Made by a program: the position numbers and the translations under genes. From Octopus vulgaris (Eukaryota): a DNA stretch of 64,000 nucleotides. Below the pieces are notes generated by a model, which had not been told where the DNA came from, did not search any database, and saw only the letters and a list, made by a program, of their open reading frames with translations. Position 1 is the stretch's first letter; each line of letters begins with the position of its first letter. The stretch is from NCBI GenBank assembly GCA_951406725.2, contig OX597814.1:112716001-112780000 (forward strand), written 5' to 3'. Shown piece by piece: positions 15,141 to 26,905 of the stretch.

Positions 15141-15544
15141 GATAAATACGTGTCTACAAGTGTTTAAATTGCAGATTTAGAATATTGAAGTTAAAAGTCA
15201 AATACTGTGTTAACCCTGTTTGAACTGGTTTATTTTACTGATGTGATAAACCAACGTAATTTTAAGTTAGTGTTAACATATGTTAGTTTTTTTCTTTTTA
15301 CTTTATTTTTTTAAAATTTTGTTAGTTTTTGTTAACACGCAAAAGCCACACAACAAATACACACTCATACACATATATGCACACACATTCTTTGCTCTGT
15401 CCTGTGCTGTCCATAATGTTTTTTGTTAATGTAAACCCTTGTGGTTAATAATGAAATCCTTATTATAGTTATTATTATTATTAAAATGAGGTAGCTTTGG
15501 CGAAGCACTGTGAGGTATAACTTTAACGAATTTAGTGGAGTAAG

Positions 15545-16235
15545 GCCGTAACTATGCGAAAAACTACGGCGTAAACTACAAAAGGAAAGGAAAACAACAA
15601 AGTTGGAGTTTTACTTTGTATTTCTATATTTCGGGGTGAAAACCTCCTCTTCGGGACATTCGGAAAAGCGATCGTTGGAAAGGGTTGTTGCTTAGATGTG
15701 TGGGGGTGATGGGCAGGGGATAAAGGAAGATGACATGCGCGGACTGGTGTTGCTATAGAAACCATTCTACATAGGGAGCGCTACTAGGAAACTACTCATC
15801 AGAATAAAGAATGTGTATATGCAGACAGACACTTCAATAAAGAAACATTTTAGGAAGTGCCAAATCCAGAATTTCAAAGTTTCCATGAAGGCAACCTAAC
15901 GCAACAGGGGCAATCTCAGAATTATGGAAACCCTCCTTATAAACAAACTGAGACCAGCCATTAACAACAAGAAAGAACTACACGAAGCAGACTAGTTGCT
16001 ATAGCAATACCAATCCGCGCATGTCACCTTCCTCCTTCATCCCCTGCTCCTCTTCCGCGCGCACACACACACATCTGAGCAACAACTTTTTCCAACTACA
16101 GCTTCTCCGAATGTCCTGAAGAAGGGCTCTTCACCCCAAAATATAGAAATACAAAGAAAAACTGCAACTTTGTTCTGTTTTCCTTTTGTAGTTTACTTTG
16201 TACCATCTCGTATTGTTCCAATCTTATACCAGTAC
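15545..16235 (+). mobile_element. Penelope-like element relic: GIY-YIG C-terminus between inverted pseudo-LTRs
   Basis: 15768-15995 translates YIGSATRKLLIRIK..SIKKHFRKC..LRIMETLLINKLRPAINNKKE (one internal stop); about 15545-15763 is an inverted copy of about 15996-16200; each arm has a decayed hammerhead-like core. Confidence 0.85.
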
Positions 16236-16256
16236 ATTCTTTAAAATTATTATTAA

Positions 16257-16443
16257 GAGTGGCTGTGTGGTAAGTAGCTTGCTTACCAACCACATGGTTC
16301 CGGGTTCATTCCCACTGCGTGGCACCTTGGGCAAGTGTCTTCTACTATAGCCTCGCGTTGACCAAAAGCCTTGTGAGTGGATTTGGTAGACGGAAACTGA
16401 AAGAAGCCCGTTCTTTATACACGCATACACACACACACACACA

Positions 16444-16479
<36 letters not shown>

Positions 16480-16730
16480 TGTATGTATGTATGTATGTAT
16501 GTATGCATGTATGTGTGTGTATATGTTTGTGTGTCTGTGTTTGTTCCCCAACATCGCTTGACAACCAATGGTGGTGTGTTTACGTCCCTTTCACTTAGCG
16601 GTTCGGCAAAAGAGACCGATAGAATAAGTACTAGGCTTCCAAAGAATAAGTCCTGGGGTCGATTTGCTCGACTAAAGGCGGTGCTCCAGCATGGCCGCAG
16701 TCAAATGACTGAAACAAGTAAAGGTAAAAG
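16257..16730 (+). mobile_element. SINE family A, full-length, with internal (TATG)n
   Basis: GAGTGGCTGTGTGGTAAG, GGTTCATTCCC, CCTTGGGCAAGTGTC, tail GGCGGTGCTCCAGCATGGCCGCAGTCAAATGACTGAAAC. Confidence 0.92.
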
Positions 16731-16819
16731 TATTATTATTGTTGTAGTAGTAGTAGTAGTAGTTGTTGTTTTTGTTGTTGTTGTTGCTGCTGTCGTCGTC
16801 GTCGTCGTTGTTGTTGAAT

Positions 16820-17085
16820 GGGAGAGTGCAGTGCATGCCATCAAAGTAACACCGGAGTACAAATATACGAAGCCCAATATACCCATCACGGCTACCCATC
16901 AGATAAGGGTACACCAGGTACATACATCACAACCATATGTGCGCGACATGGTGACCCCATATAAAGATAAACAGCGCATGACCTTGGAGGTGGGGCTCAG
17001 TTAGAATTTTCTTCAGGTTGAGTAGCCCATCCCGCTCAAAAGATCCCTGAATAAGGCTTGTTTAAAGATGAGGAACGAAACACCT
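16820..17085 (-). mobile_element. unclassified interspersed repeat, family D
   Basis: Homologous to 17540-17779 and 47999-48190; abuts trinucleotide repeats; no ORF. Confidence 0.7.
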
Positions 17086-17539
17086 GTTAGGTTGTATTGA
17101 AGCAGAAGGGCTGTTTAGAAAAATTGCTGTGGAACCATTGCTGATACATGTGAAAAAGTTCCGTATCGTCGAAGAAAGAAAAGCTTAAAGAGTAAAAGAA
17201 CACGAAAAATAAATAGCATGTTAAGAAAAAATGTACAGTTATTTTGGAAGAGAGGCGAACACCAAGATAGATTAAGAAAACCGGTGGTTAGTGATACGAA
17301 GGATTGACCTGGAGACAGAAGCACTTATATGAGCGGCATAAGAACAAGCGTTAAAGACGGACTACGTGAAGTTCAGAATTGACTATACAACAGAGAGCGA
17401 CAAATACAGAATGAAACGGTATGCCACGTCGTTAACAAATGCCCGAAATTGGTTCAACGCGAATACAAAAACAACATGAGAATGTGATAAGAATGATCCA
17501 TCTGGAGCACTGTGGAATTCGCGTGGTATGACCAAATAC
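17086..17539 (+). mobile_element. decayed R4/Dong-type fragment (zinc-knuckle region)
   Basis: ETEALI*AA*EQALKTDYVKFRID..TVCHVVNKCPKLVQREYK..HENV across frameshifts. Confidence 0.75.
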
Positions 17540-17779
17540 CACATGTGCGCGACATGGTGACTTTATATCAAGATAAACAGCGCATGACCCTGCAGGTGGG
17601 GCTCAGTTAGGATTTTCTTTAAGGTCGAGTAGCCCATCCTGCTCAAAAGGTCCTTGAGTAAGGTTTGTTTTTTTAAGGATGATGAACAAAATACCCATGT
17701 TTCCAGAGATTAATTATTCGAACCCCAAAGAATTCCTCTCAGCATATGGCTATGATACTCCCCAACTTCTGCTCGTGAC
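17540..17779 (-). mobile_element. family D repeat, second segment
   Basis: Duplicates about 16935-17085 and extends it; GGTTCGAAT (B-box-like) on the minus strand. Confidence 0.65.
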
Positions 17780-17990
17780 GGCGAGCTAGCAGAATCGCCG
17801 GATAAAATGCTTAGCGGTATTGCATCGGTCTTTACATTCATGGTTCAAATTCTGCTGAGGTAGACTTTGCCTTTCATCCTGTCGGGATCGATAAAATAAG
17901 TTCCAGTTTAACACTGAGGTCGATGTAATCGACTGGTCCCCTCCACTTAAAAACTGCTGAACCTGTGCCAACAATTGAAACTATTATTAG
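17779..17990 (+). mobile_element. SINE family B
   Basis: CGGCGAGCTAGCAGAATCG..GGTTCAAATTC..TTTGCCTTTCATCC. Confidence 0.85.
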
Positions 17991-18149
17991 GGTTTGGTTG
18001 ATACTATTGACCCCAATACTACTCTGGTACTTTATCGATCTCAGAAGAATGGAAGGCAAAGGGGGCCATGAAGGGATCTGGATTTAGAAAGTATAATAAG
18101 CTTCAAACTTTTCGCCGTCAAAAATGGACGAGACTGCAGAATCAATAGA

Positions 18150-18648
18150 ATCCTTTCTACTATAGGCACAAGGTCTGAAATTTGGCAGGAGGGGACAAGT
18201 CGATTACATCGACCCCAGCACTCCACTGGTACTTAATTTATCGCCCGCGAAAGGATGAAAGGCAAAGTCGACCACGGCGGAATTTGAACTCAGAACGTAA
18301 CGACAGTCGAAATGTCGCTAAGCATTTCGCCCGGCGTGCTAACGATTTTACCAGCTCGCCGCTTTCAAAATCGATAGAATGCCAGGGGAAACGCTTTGCG
18401 GCATTCGTTAGGGCTCTTATTTCTTTATTGCCCACAAAGGGCTAAACATAGAGGGGACAAACAAGGACAGACAAAGGGATTAAGTCGATTACATCTACCC
18501 CAGTGCGTAACTGGTACTTCATTTATCGACCCCGAAAGGATGAAAGGCAAAGTCGACCTCGGCGGAATTTGAACTCAGAACAAAGCGGCAGACGAAATAC
18601 CGCTAAGCATTTCGCCCGGCGTGCTAACGTTTCTGCCAGCTCGCCGCC
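18150..18648 (-). mobile_element. two family B SINE copies (about 18150-18362 and 18416-18648) with different 3' tails
   Basis: Both match the family consensus; tails end ..TATAGTAGAAAGGATT and ..GGGCAATAAAGAAATA respectively. Confidence 0.9.
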
Positions 18649-19623
18649 TGATAGGGCTCTTTCTACTCTAAGTTAAAATCCCACTGAGGTCAGTCAGCTT
18701 TACCTGTCGCCCTTTCGACGTCTATAAAATAATATACTGATATAGCGGTAAAACCCTTCCCGAATCATATAGACTCTCAGGTCCGGTTTCCCGGTTTCCT
18801 TAGCGCATATATTCCACACTCGAACGGGAATCCAGTCTGTCGCCGGATTACTTACTCTTACCAGCTGAGACATGTACTAGGGTTAATGTAATCGACTAAA
18901 GTTCTCCCTTCAAAATGACTGCCCTTGTGTCTAAATTAGAGAGAGTTGTAAGAAAGAGTTGGAAGAAATCGATGGCAGATGGTGACACTGTAGATAAAAG
19001 GAAATCCGTGTAGCACTTTGAGAAAAGTAAAACTTGTGACTTACAGAAAAAAAAGTAATTAAAATCTATATATTGAAATATTTATGGATAAAGAATTATT
19101 TCTTGTGTGTTTGTGTTTGTGTTTTTTTACGCTTTTTAAAAAACAGTATTGGCCAAATGATACACTGACATATATCCATATGTATATAAAGACACATCAA
19201 TTATACATACATATATGCTTACATACCTACATAGATACGTACACACTCATACATATATACATATATACATACATGCTTACATACATATATAATGATACAT
19301 GAAACGTGCATACATTGATACATATAATACGTATATATACGCAGACAAGAATTATACATACATGCATACTTACAGAGATACAAAAAAATACATGCACATA
19401 TGAATATACAAAGTCATATGAGAATAAGGCATACATGTATACAAAATAGATTCAGGCATGTATACAAAAATATACATACGTATACAAAAATACGTACATG
19501 TATACCCACTATATACATACGTGCATATAAACATACAAATAAGTATTACATACGTGTATACATACATTACATTGCATGCATTATACATTAATTACATATA
19601 TATTTTTTCTATTAATATTTTTT

Positions 19624-19828
19624 TAATATTCTCCAAAACAGCCTGAAGGACTTACATATGGTGGATTTAGGTGTTTTAAAAACAAAACTGGATCTCTTCC
19701 TGTCGAGAGTCTCAGATGAACCTACTTCACGGTAGGAGGCGCAAATGCGGGCAGTGACATCAAACTCCCGTAATAACAGTGTAGCAAAACGGCGATACTC
19801 CAGCATGGCCACAGCTTTGAGCTAAAAC
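19624..19828 (+). mobile_element. 3' fragment of the CR1/L2-type LINE seen at 38801
   Basis: TTTAATATTCTCC..GATCTCTTCCTGTC..GATGAACC..CCAGCATGGCCACAGCT matches about 40000-40250. Confidence 0.85.
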
Positions 19829-19837
19829 CGGATATAC

Positions 19838-19973
<136 letters not shown>

Positions 19974-19974
19974 A

Positions 19975-20325
19975 TTCGGTTTCAGCTCAAAGGTGTGGCT
20001 GTGTGGTAATAGCATGCTTACCAACCACTTGGTTTCGGGTTCATCTGGGACTCTCGACAAGAAGAGGTCCAGTTTTGATTTGAAAACACCTACATCCATT
20101 TTGTGTGGGTTGCTTAGGCTCTTTGGGAGAATATTAAAAAGCTGTGGACCCTGAAACCCAAGCTGTTGCAGTAACTGGTCCTGAAGCGCGATGGCATTTC
20201 TGGGATATTTGGTAATGTGCATTGTTGGCCCGTTCTGTCATTGGTGTAGCTTTCCATACCAAAATTTGACACAATTCCTTCCAGGATCTTCCAGATGTAT
20301 CTTACTGCATACTTCTCTCGCAGTG
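19975..20325 (-). mobile_element. 3' fragment of the same LINE family, inverted, with a plus-strand SINE A head embedded at about 19995-20043
   Basis: YAVRYIWKILEGIVSNFG..LGFRV / GPQLFNILPK..KLDLFLSRVPDEP. Confidence 0.85.
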
Positions 20326-20618
20326 TTGGACTTATTTTGCTATCCATTCAGTAGATGTTAAGGATGGGTAGCGCATTCGTTTGTTTCCATTTAAGGCATG
20401 TCTATTTTCAATAAACTCTAATGTCAACTGGTCGTCTGGCACTATTACCATGGCCATCAGCTGTTGGGGTTTATTGGCTGAATTGATGATTCTTCCTTAT
20501 GGTCACCTTCCTATTGTTTCTGGTGCTATAGTGTATAGCTTCCTAAATATTGGTTGGTTTGTATATTTGTTTGGCTCCTTCCCTGTTCTATAATGTGTAT
20601 TTCGTTTCAAAATATATC

Positions 20619-20900
20619 TTTATTCAAATTTCAGAAACGACGTTTTATTCTTATGTTTACATATGATCGTCTCAGAGTGCCTATTCATCACGTTTTCTCT
20701 GGATGTGATGATTTCCAGGGTTTCTTCTAGGCAGAGGTTGCATACTCGTGATGTTCCATTTTTTTTCATGGACCAGTGGGTCGTATGCTCCACTCCATTC
20801 TGTTTGAGCCTCCAAACGAAGTTCGACAGAGACGTGGAGTGCCGTTTTATTTATATTGGAAAATTATGAGAGATGGTTACGCAGACGATTTTGCATGGTG
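20619..20900 (-). mobile_element. Penelope-like (Naiad-like) GIY-YIG C-terminal fragment
   Basis: Manual translation: RLRNH..F..STSLSNFVWRLKQNGVEHTTHWS..VCNLCLEETLEI..MNRHSETIICKHKNK. Confidence 0.75.
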
Positions 20901-21434
20901 TATCCATGAAAAGACACACAGTTAAGCGTGGGGAGCTACTATTTATGCTGGAAACAAGAACCCAACACTTTTCTCTGTCCGTCGCTTCCGTTTCAAACAT
21001 GCAGTATTACAATTACCTATATGTTCATAGAAATATATCATAAAAAGGTGTTGTAAATAAATACTGGATTCTCTCGTTGCTTCGACGAATGAGAGTTTAA
21101 CAAGGCACAGCTGCAAGATTTGTGAAAATAACTATCATCTTGAGGCCGCATTTGCGCAGGATCGTAGCTAAAAACTTCCACAAGCTTCCTCTACCTTTCC
21201 CTGTCACCTGCTTCCCCATCGCCTCAGGACTTATGAAGAAAGTGTGATAGTGTCGGTGCTGGTATTATGGTTTACCAAACAACCTTCAGGATGAATATTA
21301 TTGTAGTGGTCAACATTGGTGCAGAGCCTGTACCATTTTCTCGTCCTTCAAACTTGTCATGGTCTGATGTAACCACGAGCCCAATCGTTATCAGGATGCA
21401 GGATTTACATGGAGTTCTCTTCCTTTGGATGAGT

Positions 21435-21593
21435 AGCTAAAAAGCTAACCATCCTCATCTGGCCTGGATCCGTTGGGATGTCTGTGAAGCTATAGAGCTA
21501 AACAACCCCATCTGGTCTGGATCCGTTGGGATGTCTGTGAAGCTAAAAAGCTAAACGGCTTCATCTGGCCTGGATCCTTTGGGATGTCTGTAA
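21435..21593 (+). repeat. about 53-bp tandem repeat, 3 copies
   Basis: AGCTAAAAAGCTAA..CATCTGGCCTGGATCCGTTGGGATGTCTGTGA repeated three times. Confidence 0.92.
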
Positions 21594-21915
21594 GTGACTT
21601 GCAAGAATAACCATGTAAAATATGCATGTATAACCATGTATGACCTGCTGATATGCAGACGTGCTAACGGTTCTGCCAGCTCACCGCCTTTACACACATA
21701 TATATACATACGTACATACGTATAAACACACACACACACACACATATATATACGTACGCATGCATGTATGTATGTATGTATGTAAGTATGTATGTATGTA
21801 TGTATGTATGTATGTATGTATGTATGTATGTATGTATTATGTATGTATGAATGTTTGTGTATATAGATTGTCTGAAGTGATGTACAAATTTTATAAACAA
21901 AGAAAAAAAATGTAC

Positions 21916-22054
21916 TCAGAATTTTGGATAATTCTTTAGCTCTTTCGTCTCATTTTCGGCAATTCTTTATTAGCGCTTTCGCCTCATTCATGGAGACTCT
22001 AGGAATCTCCGTGAATGAGACGAGAGCGCTAATAAAGAATTATCCAAATTCTGA
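21916..22054. repeat. near-perfect inverted repeat (MITE-like hairpin)
   Basis: AATTCTTTATTAGCGCTTTCGCCTCATTCATGGAGACTC pairs with GAATCTCCGTGAATGAGACGAGAGCGCTAATAAAGAATT. Confidence 0.9.
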
Positions 22055-22592
22055 CCACCTCCTTTTTCTTTATACGTGTGTGTATGTATGTTTATATATA
22101 TGTATATGTATATATGTGTGTATGCATATATATATATATATATATATATATAATGTGCGTGTGTAAATACTGGTTTCGATTTGAGCGACGAAAACTCTCC
22201 AAGGCGGTGCCCCAGTATGACCGCAGCACAACTCTGCCCAATCACTGAAAGAAATAATACAAAATTTTAAACGAAATAAAAAAAAAACTACAACCCCAAC
22301 CTAATCAAAACGCTACGTTACCCAGAGGGCCGCAGACCAAAGTTCACGTGACATATATTAAAATTTCCAAATATATTTTTCCCCCGCAATTAAATTCATT
22401 ATAGCATTTATATACACAATTCTTTGGTTGCATTTTTCAGAATTATTCCTATATTTTTTCTTTTTTTTTACATTTTTTTTTCAATATTTATTTCTTCCCT
22501 TTTTTGTTTAATTTTTCTGATTCGTTTAGCATTTTTTCTTTCTTTCCGTTCTCTTTAAAAGTTTCACGTCTTTACCAAATTATGGCCACATT

Positions 22593-22623
<31 letters not shown>

Positions 22624-23178
22624 CTCTCTCTCTCTCTTTCTTTCTTTTTCTCTCTCTCCATCTCTCTCTCTCTCTCTCTTTCTTTCTCTTTCTCTCTCTC
22701 CCTCTCTCTCTCTTTCTCTCTCCCTAATCTGTTTCTAAAGATTTAATTATTGCTAATATATACTGACACTTTTCAAATTTATTTCTCTCCACCGTTTCAA
22801 ATGAAATGCAAAATAAATAACATTTTCAAGCCGGAATCACGACATTTCCAGCAAAAATAGTTCATTTTAGCATTTGCTTGTTTCTTTCTTTTTTCTTTGT
22901 TTTGTTTCTTTTTTCTAATTCCATTAATTCTCATCGGCTTCTTTTATATTTAAATACACACGCAGGAGCGCATACATGCACACGTGCATTGAAACAGCCG
23001 TAAACACACATGTAAATACATGCACACATATGTACATATATACATACTTACATAAATATATATTTACATACTTACGTGCATATGCACACGGATAAATCCG
23101 CACATACTAGCACTCCAGTACACACATACACACACACAAACGCACATGTGTGCGTGTGTGCGTGTGTGTGAGTGTGCG

Positions 23179-23226
<48 letters not shown>

Positions 23227-23374
23227 CATATATATATATACATACACGCAGACGGAAAGACAGACAGAGATGCATGGGTATACAATATACACACATATGC
23301 AATATACACATATATAATATATTGTGTATATATATATATATATATATACATATATATACATATATATATATATA

Positions 23375-23416
<42 letters not shown>

Positions 23417-23965
23417 CGTGTGAGTATGAAATAACGTATAACCATATATGTGTGTATATATGCGTGTATATATATATATATATATATACATATCTATATA
23501 TGTATGCATATATATATATTAACGTATATATATTTATATATGTGCATACACACACACACACATATATATATATATGCATATATTTAATTTTCTTGTTTCA
23601 TTATATTAGCAAAAATTGAAAAAACGTTACTCTTTGTTCAAATGTGTCCAACTGCATATCTAAGCGTGATGTTCGTGTGTGTGTGTGAGTGTGTATGTGA
23701 AAATAAATATCTATATCTGCTTGTGCTTGCGTATGTGTATGCATGTGTGTGTGTGTTTATGAATAGCTCAATGCGTATAAACTTACGGTAGACCAATGTA
23801 GATTTAATTACGCAGTTATCTATACACATGCCTACATGCATGCATGTAGAAGAACACACATGTATACATGCATGTGCACATGCGTACATATATGCAGGCT
23901 TATGCGTGTATGAATACACACACACACAAACACACACACTCACACATATAGACACACTCGTACAT

Positions 23966-24016
<51 letters not shown>

Positions 24017-24239
24017 GTACATACATACATACATACATACATACATACATACTACATACGTAGATACAGGCATACGCACACGCACAAACACACACACACT
24101 CATATACAAGTATTTTCATCTCATATATGTCAGCCCAAATATATTTTCCTTACAGTTATATATTTATGATCCAAACCCTTTATTTATTTTCCTGTCATTT
24201 TGCGCATTTTTTAAATACACCCACTCGCCCACCCACACC

Positions 24240-24317
<78 letters not shown>

Positions 24318-25104
24318 TATATTTAATTCCTTGTTTGTAAGCTTTGTTTAAACATTCACTTCGTTCAGAACCTCATTTGTATAAATATATAAGTATATAT
24401 TTACACTGTTTATACACTTCCATTTGGCCACAGGACTGCAGTGAGCACGCTTTTTGTTCTAGAATATAAACAAGGAATCTTTGTGTTTGTATTTATGTGT
24501 GGCTGTATCTCCATCCATGGAAGGCATGTAAATGCTGATTGTGTGTGGGAAACTTCAAAATACGTGTGGATCATCAAATGTTTAGAATATATATGCTTGT
24601 TCACATACACTTAAATGTGTATGTATATACAATTGTATTTGCGTATTTCATATATGTATACAAAATTAATTAAATTAATGAATGTATTGAAGGTTTGTCT
24701 TAACTTTTTCAGATTTTCTTATTAGTTTCTTTAAAATTGGTTTGGATCAATAAAGCAATAAAGTTTCGAAATTCATATTCGATATTTCCAGAGCTTCACA
24801 GTCTCATTTTCAAGAATTTAATATATTTATTGTCTCTATTATTTCTTATATACAGGTTGAATTCGTAGAGACTTACATAATCTAAATAATATATCGTTAA
24901 TATCTGAGAAGGAAGATATATATTTGGCTTACAATTGAGACTATTACTCGTTGACAAAGCTGAAATAAGTCAAAAGTAAAGAAGAAATTTAAGAAGGTGT
25001 ACAATCTGTTACATCCCTTCCTTGGCGTAGTAATTCATGAAATAGATAGAATATATTTATCTAATTAATCAAAATATTTTCATAACCTTTCATACATACA
25101 CATA

Positions 25105-25300
25105 CAGGCATGGGCGTGGCTATATATATATATACGCAAGCGTGGTCGCATGACAAGAAGTATACTTCCTTTCACATGGTTCTGACTTCAGTCTCACTGT
25201 ATGGCATCTTGGTCAAGAGTCATCTACTCTAGCCTCAGACCACCAGAGCTTTGTGATTGTTTTGGAAGATAGAAACTGAAAGAAGTTCATCATATATGTT

Positions 25301-25365
<65 letters not shown>

Positions 25366-25737
25366 GTATATGTATATATATTATATAATAAACACAATAT
25401 ATGTTTTTATGTGCTGCTATTAGTTTCATATGCTGAGAGCATGTCAGGTAGTATTTTTAACACGTATGGTGACCTACCACAATCTTCAGGTTCTACTCAC
25501 ATGACATAACAAACTAAAGATGAGACGATAGTTTGTTATGCCATGTGGATAGTACCTGACGATTGTGCTAGGACACCAGACGCGTTCAAAATATTGTTTT
25601 GCATGCTCTCATCACATGAAACTCATAGTAGCACATAAAAACATATATTGTTTATTAAATGATACTTATCTCTCACCAGATGGTGTGCTTTTTCCATTGA
25701 TCTTACCATCACGGAACAGTACACTATATTTATATAT

Positions 25738-25805
<68 letters not shown>

Positions 25806-26075
25806 CTATGTATATATATATATATACACGTGCGCGTATGTATGCATGTATGTACATATGAGTGTGTGTGTGTGAGCGCGTCTGTGTGTCTTTGTATCTG
25901 TTTTTGTCCGCCACCACTTAACAAACGGAGGCGGTTCGTTTACGTCTCAGTACCTTAGCGTTTCGACAAAAGTGATCGATCAAATAAGTATCGGGTCAAT
26001 TCATTCGACAAAAAACTCTTCAAGGCTGTGCCCCAGCATGACCACAGTCTAATGACTGAAACACATAAAAAATAA
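25105..26075 (+). mobile_element. old SINE A copy split by microsatellite and a nested Penelope-type palindrome
   Basis: Head/core at about 25105-25290; tail at about 25880-26075 (CCCCAGCATGACCACAGTCTAATGACTGAAAC). Confidence 0.7.
25387..25656. mobile_element. 270-bp foldback made of two inverted Penelope-type termini, each with a hammerhead-like motif
   Basis: Arms 25387-25516 and 25529-25656; right arm CTGACGA-T-TGTG..CACA-T-GAAA-CTCATAG-TA. Confidence 0.8.
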
Positions 26076-26076
26076 G

Positions 26077-26511
26077 CTTACTTACCAACCATATAGTTCC
26101 GGGTTCAGTCCCACTGCGTGACACCTTTGGCCGGTGGCTTCTACTATAGCCTCTGGCCGACCAAAGCTTTGTGAGTGGATTTGGTAGACGGAAACTGGAA
26201 GAAGCCCATCGTATATATATGTGTGTGCGTGTGTGTGTGCATACATACACACACACACATATATATATACGGCGGGCTTCTTCCAGTTTCCGTCTACCAA
26301 ATCCACTGTGTCTGTTTGTCCCAACATCACCACTGCCACCACCATCACTTGACAACCGATGTTGATGTGTTTACGTCCCTGTAACGTAGCGGTTCGGAAA
26401 AAAGAAATCAATAGAATATGTACTAGGTTTACAAAGAATGAGTCCTGGGGTCGATCTGTTCGACTAAAGGCGGTGCTCCAGTACGGCCGCAGTCATATGA
26501 CTGAAACAAAA

Positions 26512-26515
<4 letters not shown>
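26077..26515 (+). mobile_element. SINE A copy (5'-truncated) with internal inverted duplication
   Basis: Family A core and tail; GTGGATTTGGTAGACGGAAACTGGAAGAAGCCC is repeated inverted at about 26275-26307. Confidence 0.88.
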
Positions 26516-26562
<47 letters not shown>

Positions 26563-26589
26563 TGTTTTTCTATATACGCATACATATAG

Positions 26590-26905
26590 AGGAGCACTCT
26601 GTTGATTACGACGACGAGGGTCCCAGCTGATACGATCAACGGAACAGCTTGCTCGTGAAATTAACGTGCAAGTGGCTGAACACTCCACAGACACGTGTGC
26701 CCTTAACGTAGTTCTCAGGGAGATTCAGCGTGACACAGTGTGACAAGGCTGGCCCTTTGAAATACAAGTACTACTCATTTTTGCCAGCTGAGTGGACTGG
26801 AGCAACGTGAAATAAAGTGTCTTGCTCAAGGACACAACGCGTCGCCGGGAATCGAACTCACGATCATGAGCCGAATGCCCTAACCACTAAGTCACGCGCC
26901 TTCAC
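26590..26905 (-). mobile_element. tRNA-derived CORE-type SINE, family C1
   Basis: Minus strand GTGAAGGCGCGTGACTTAGTGGTTAG..GTTCGATTCC..GTGTCCTTGAGCAAGACACTT..CTCAGCTGGCAAAAATGAGTA. Confidence 0.88.
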
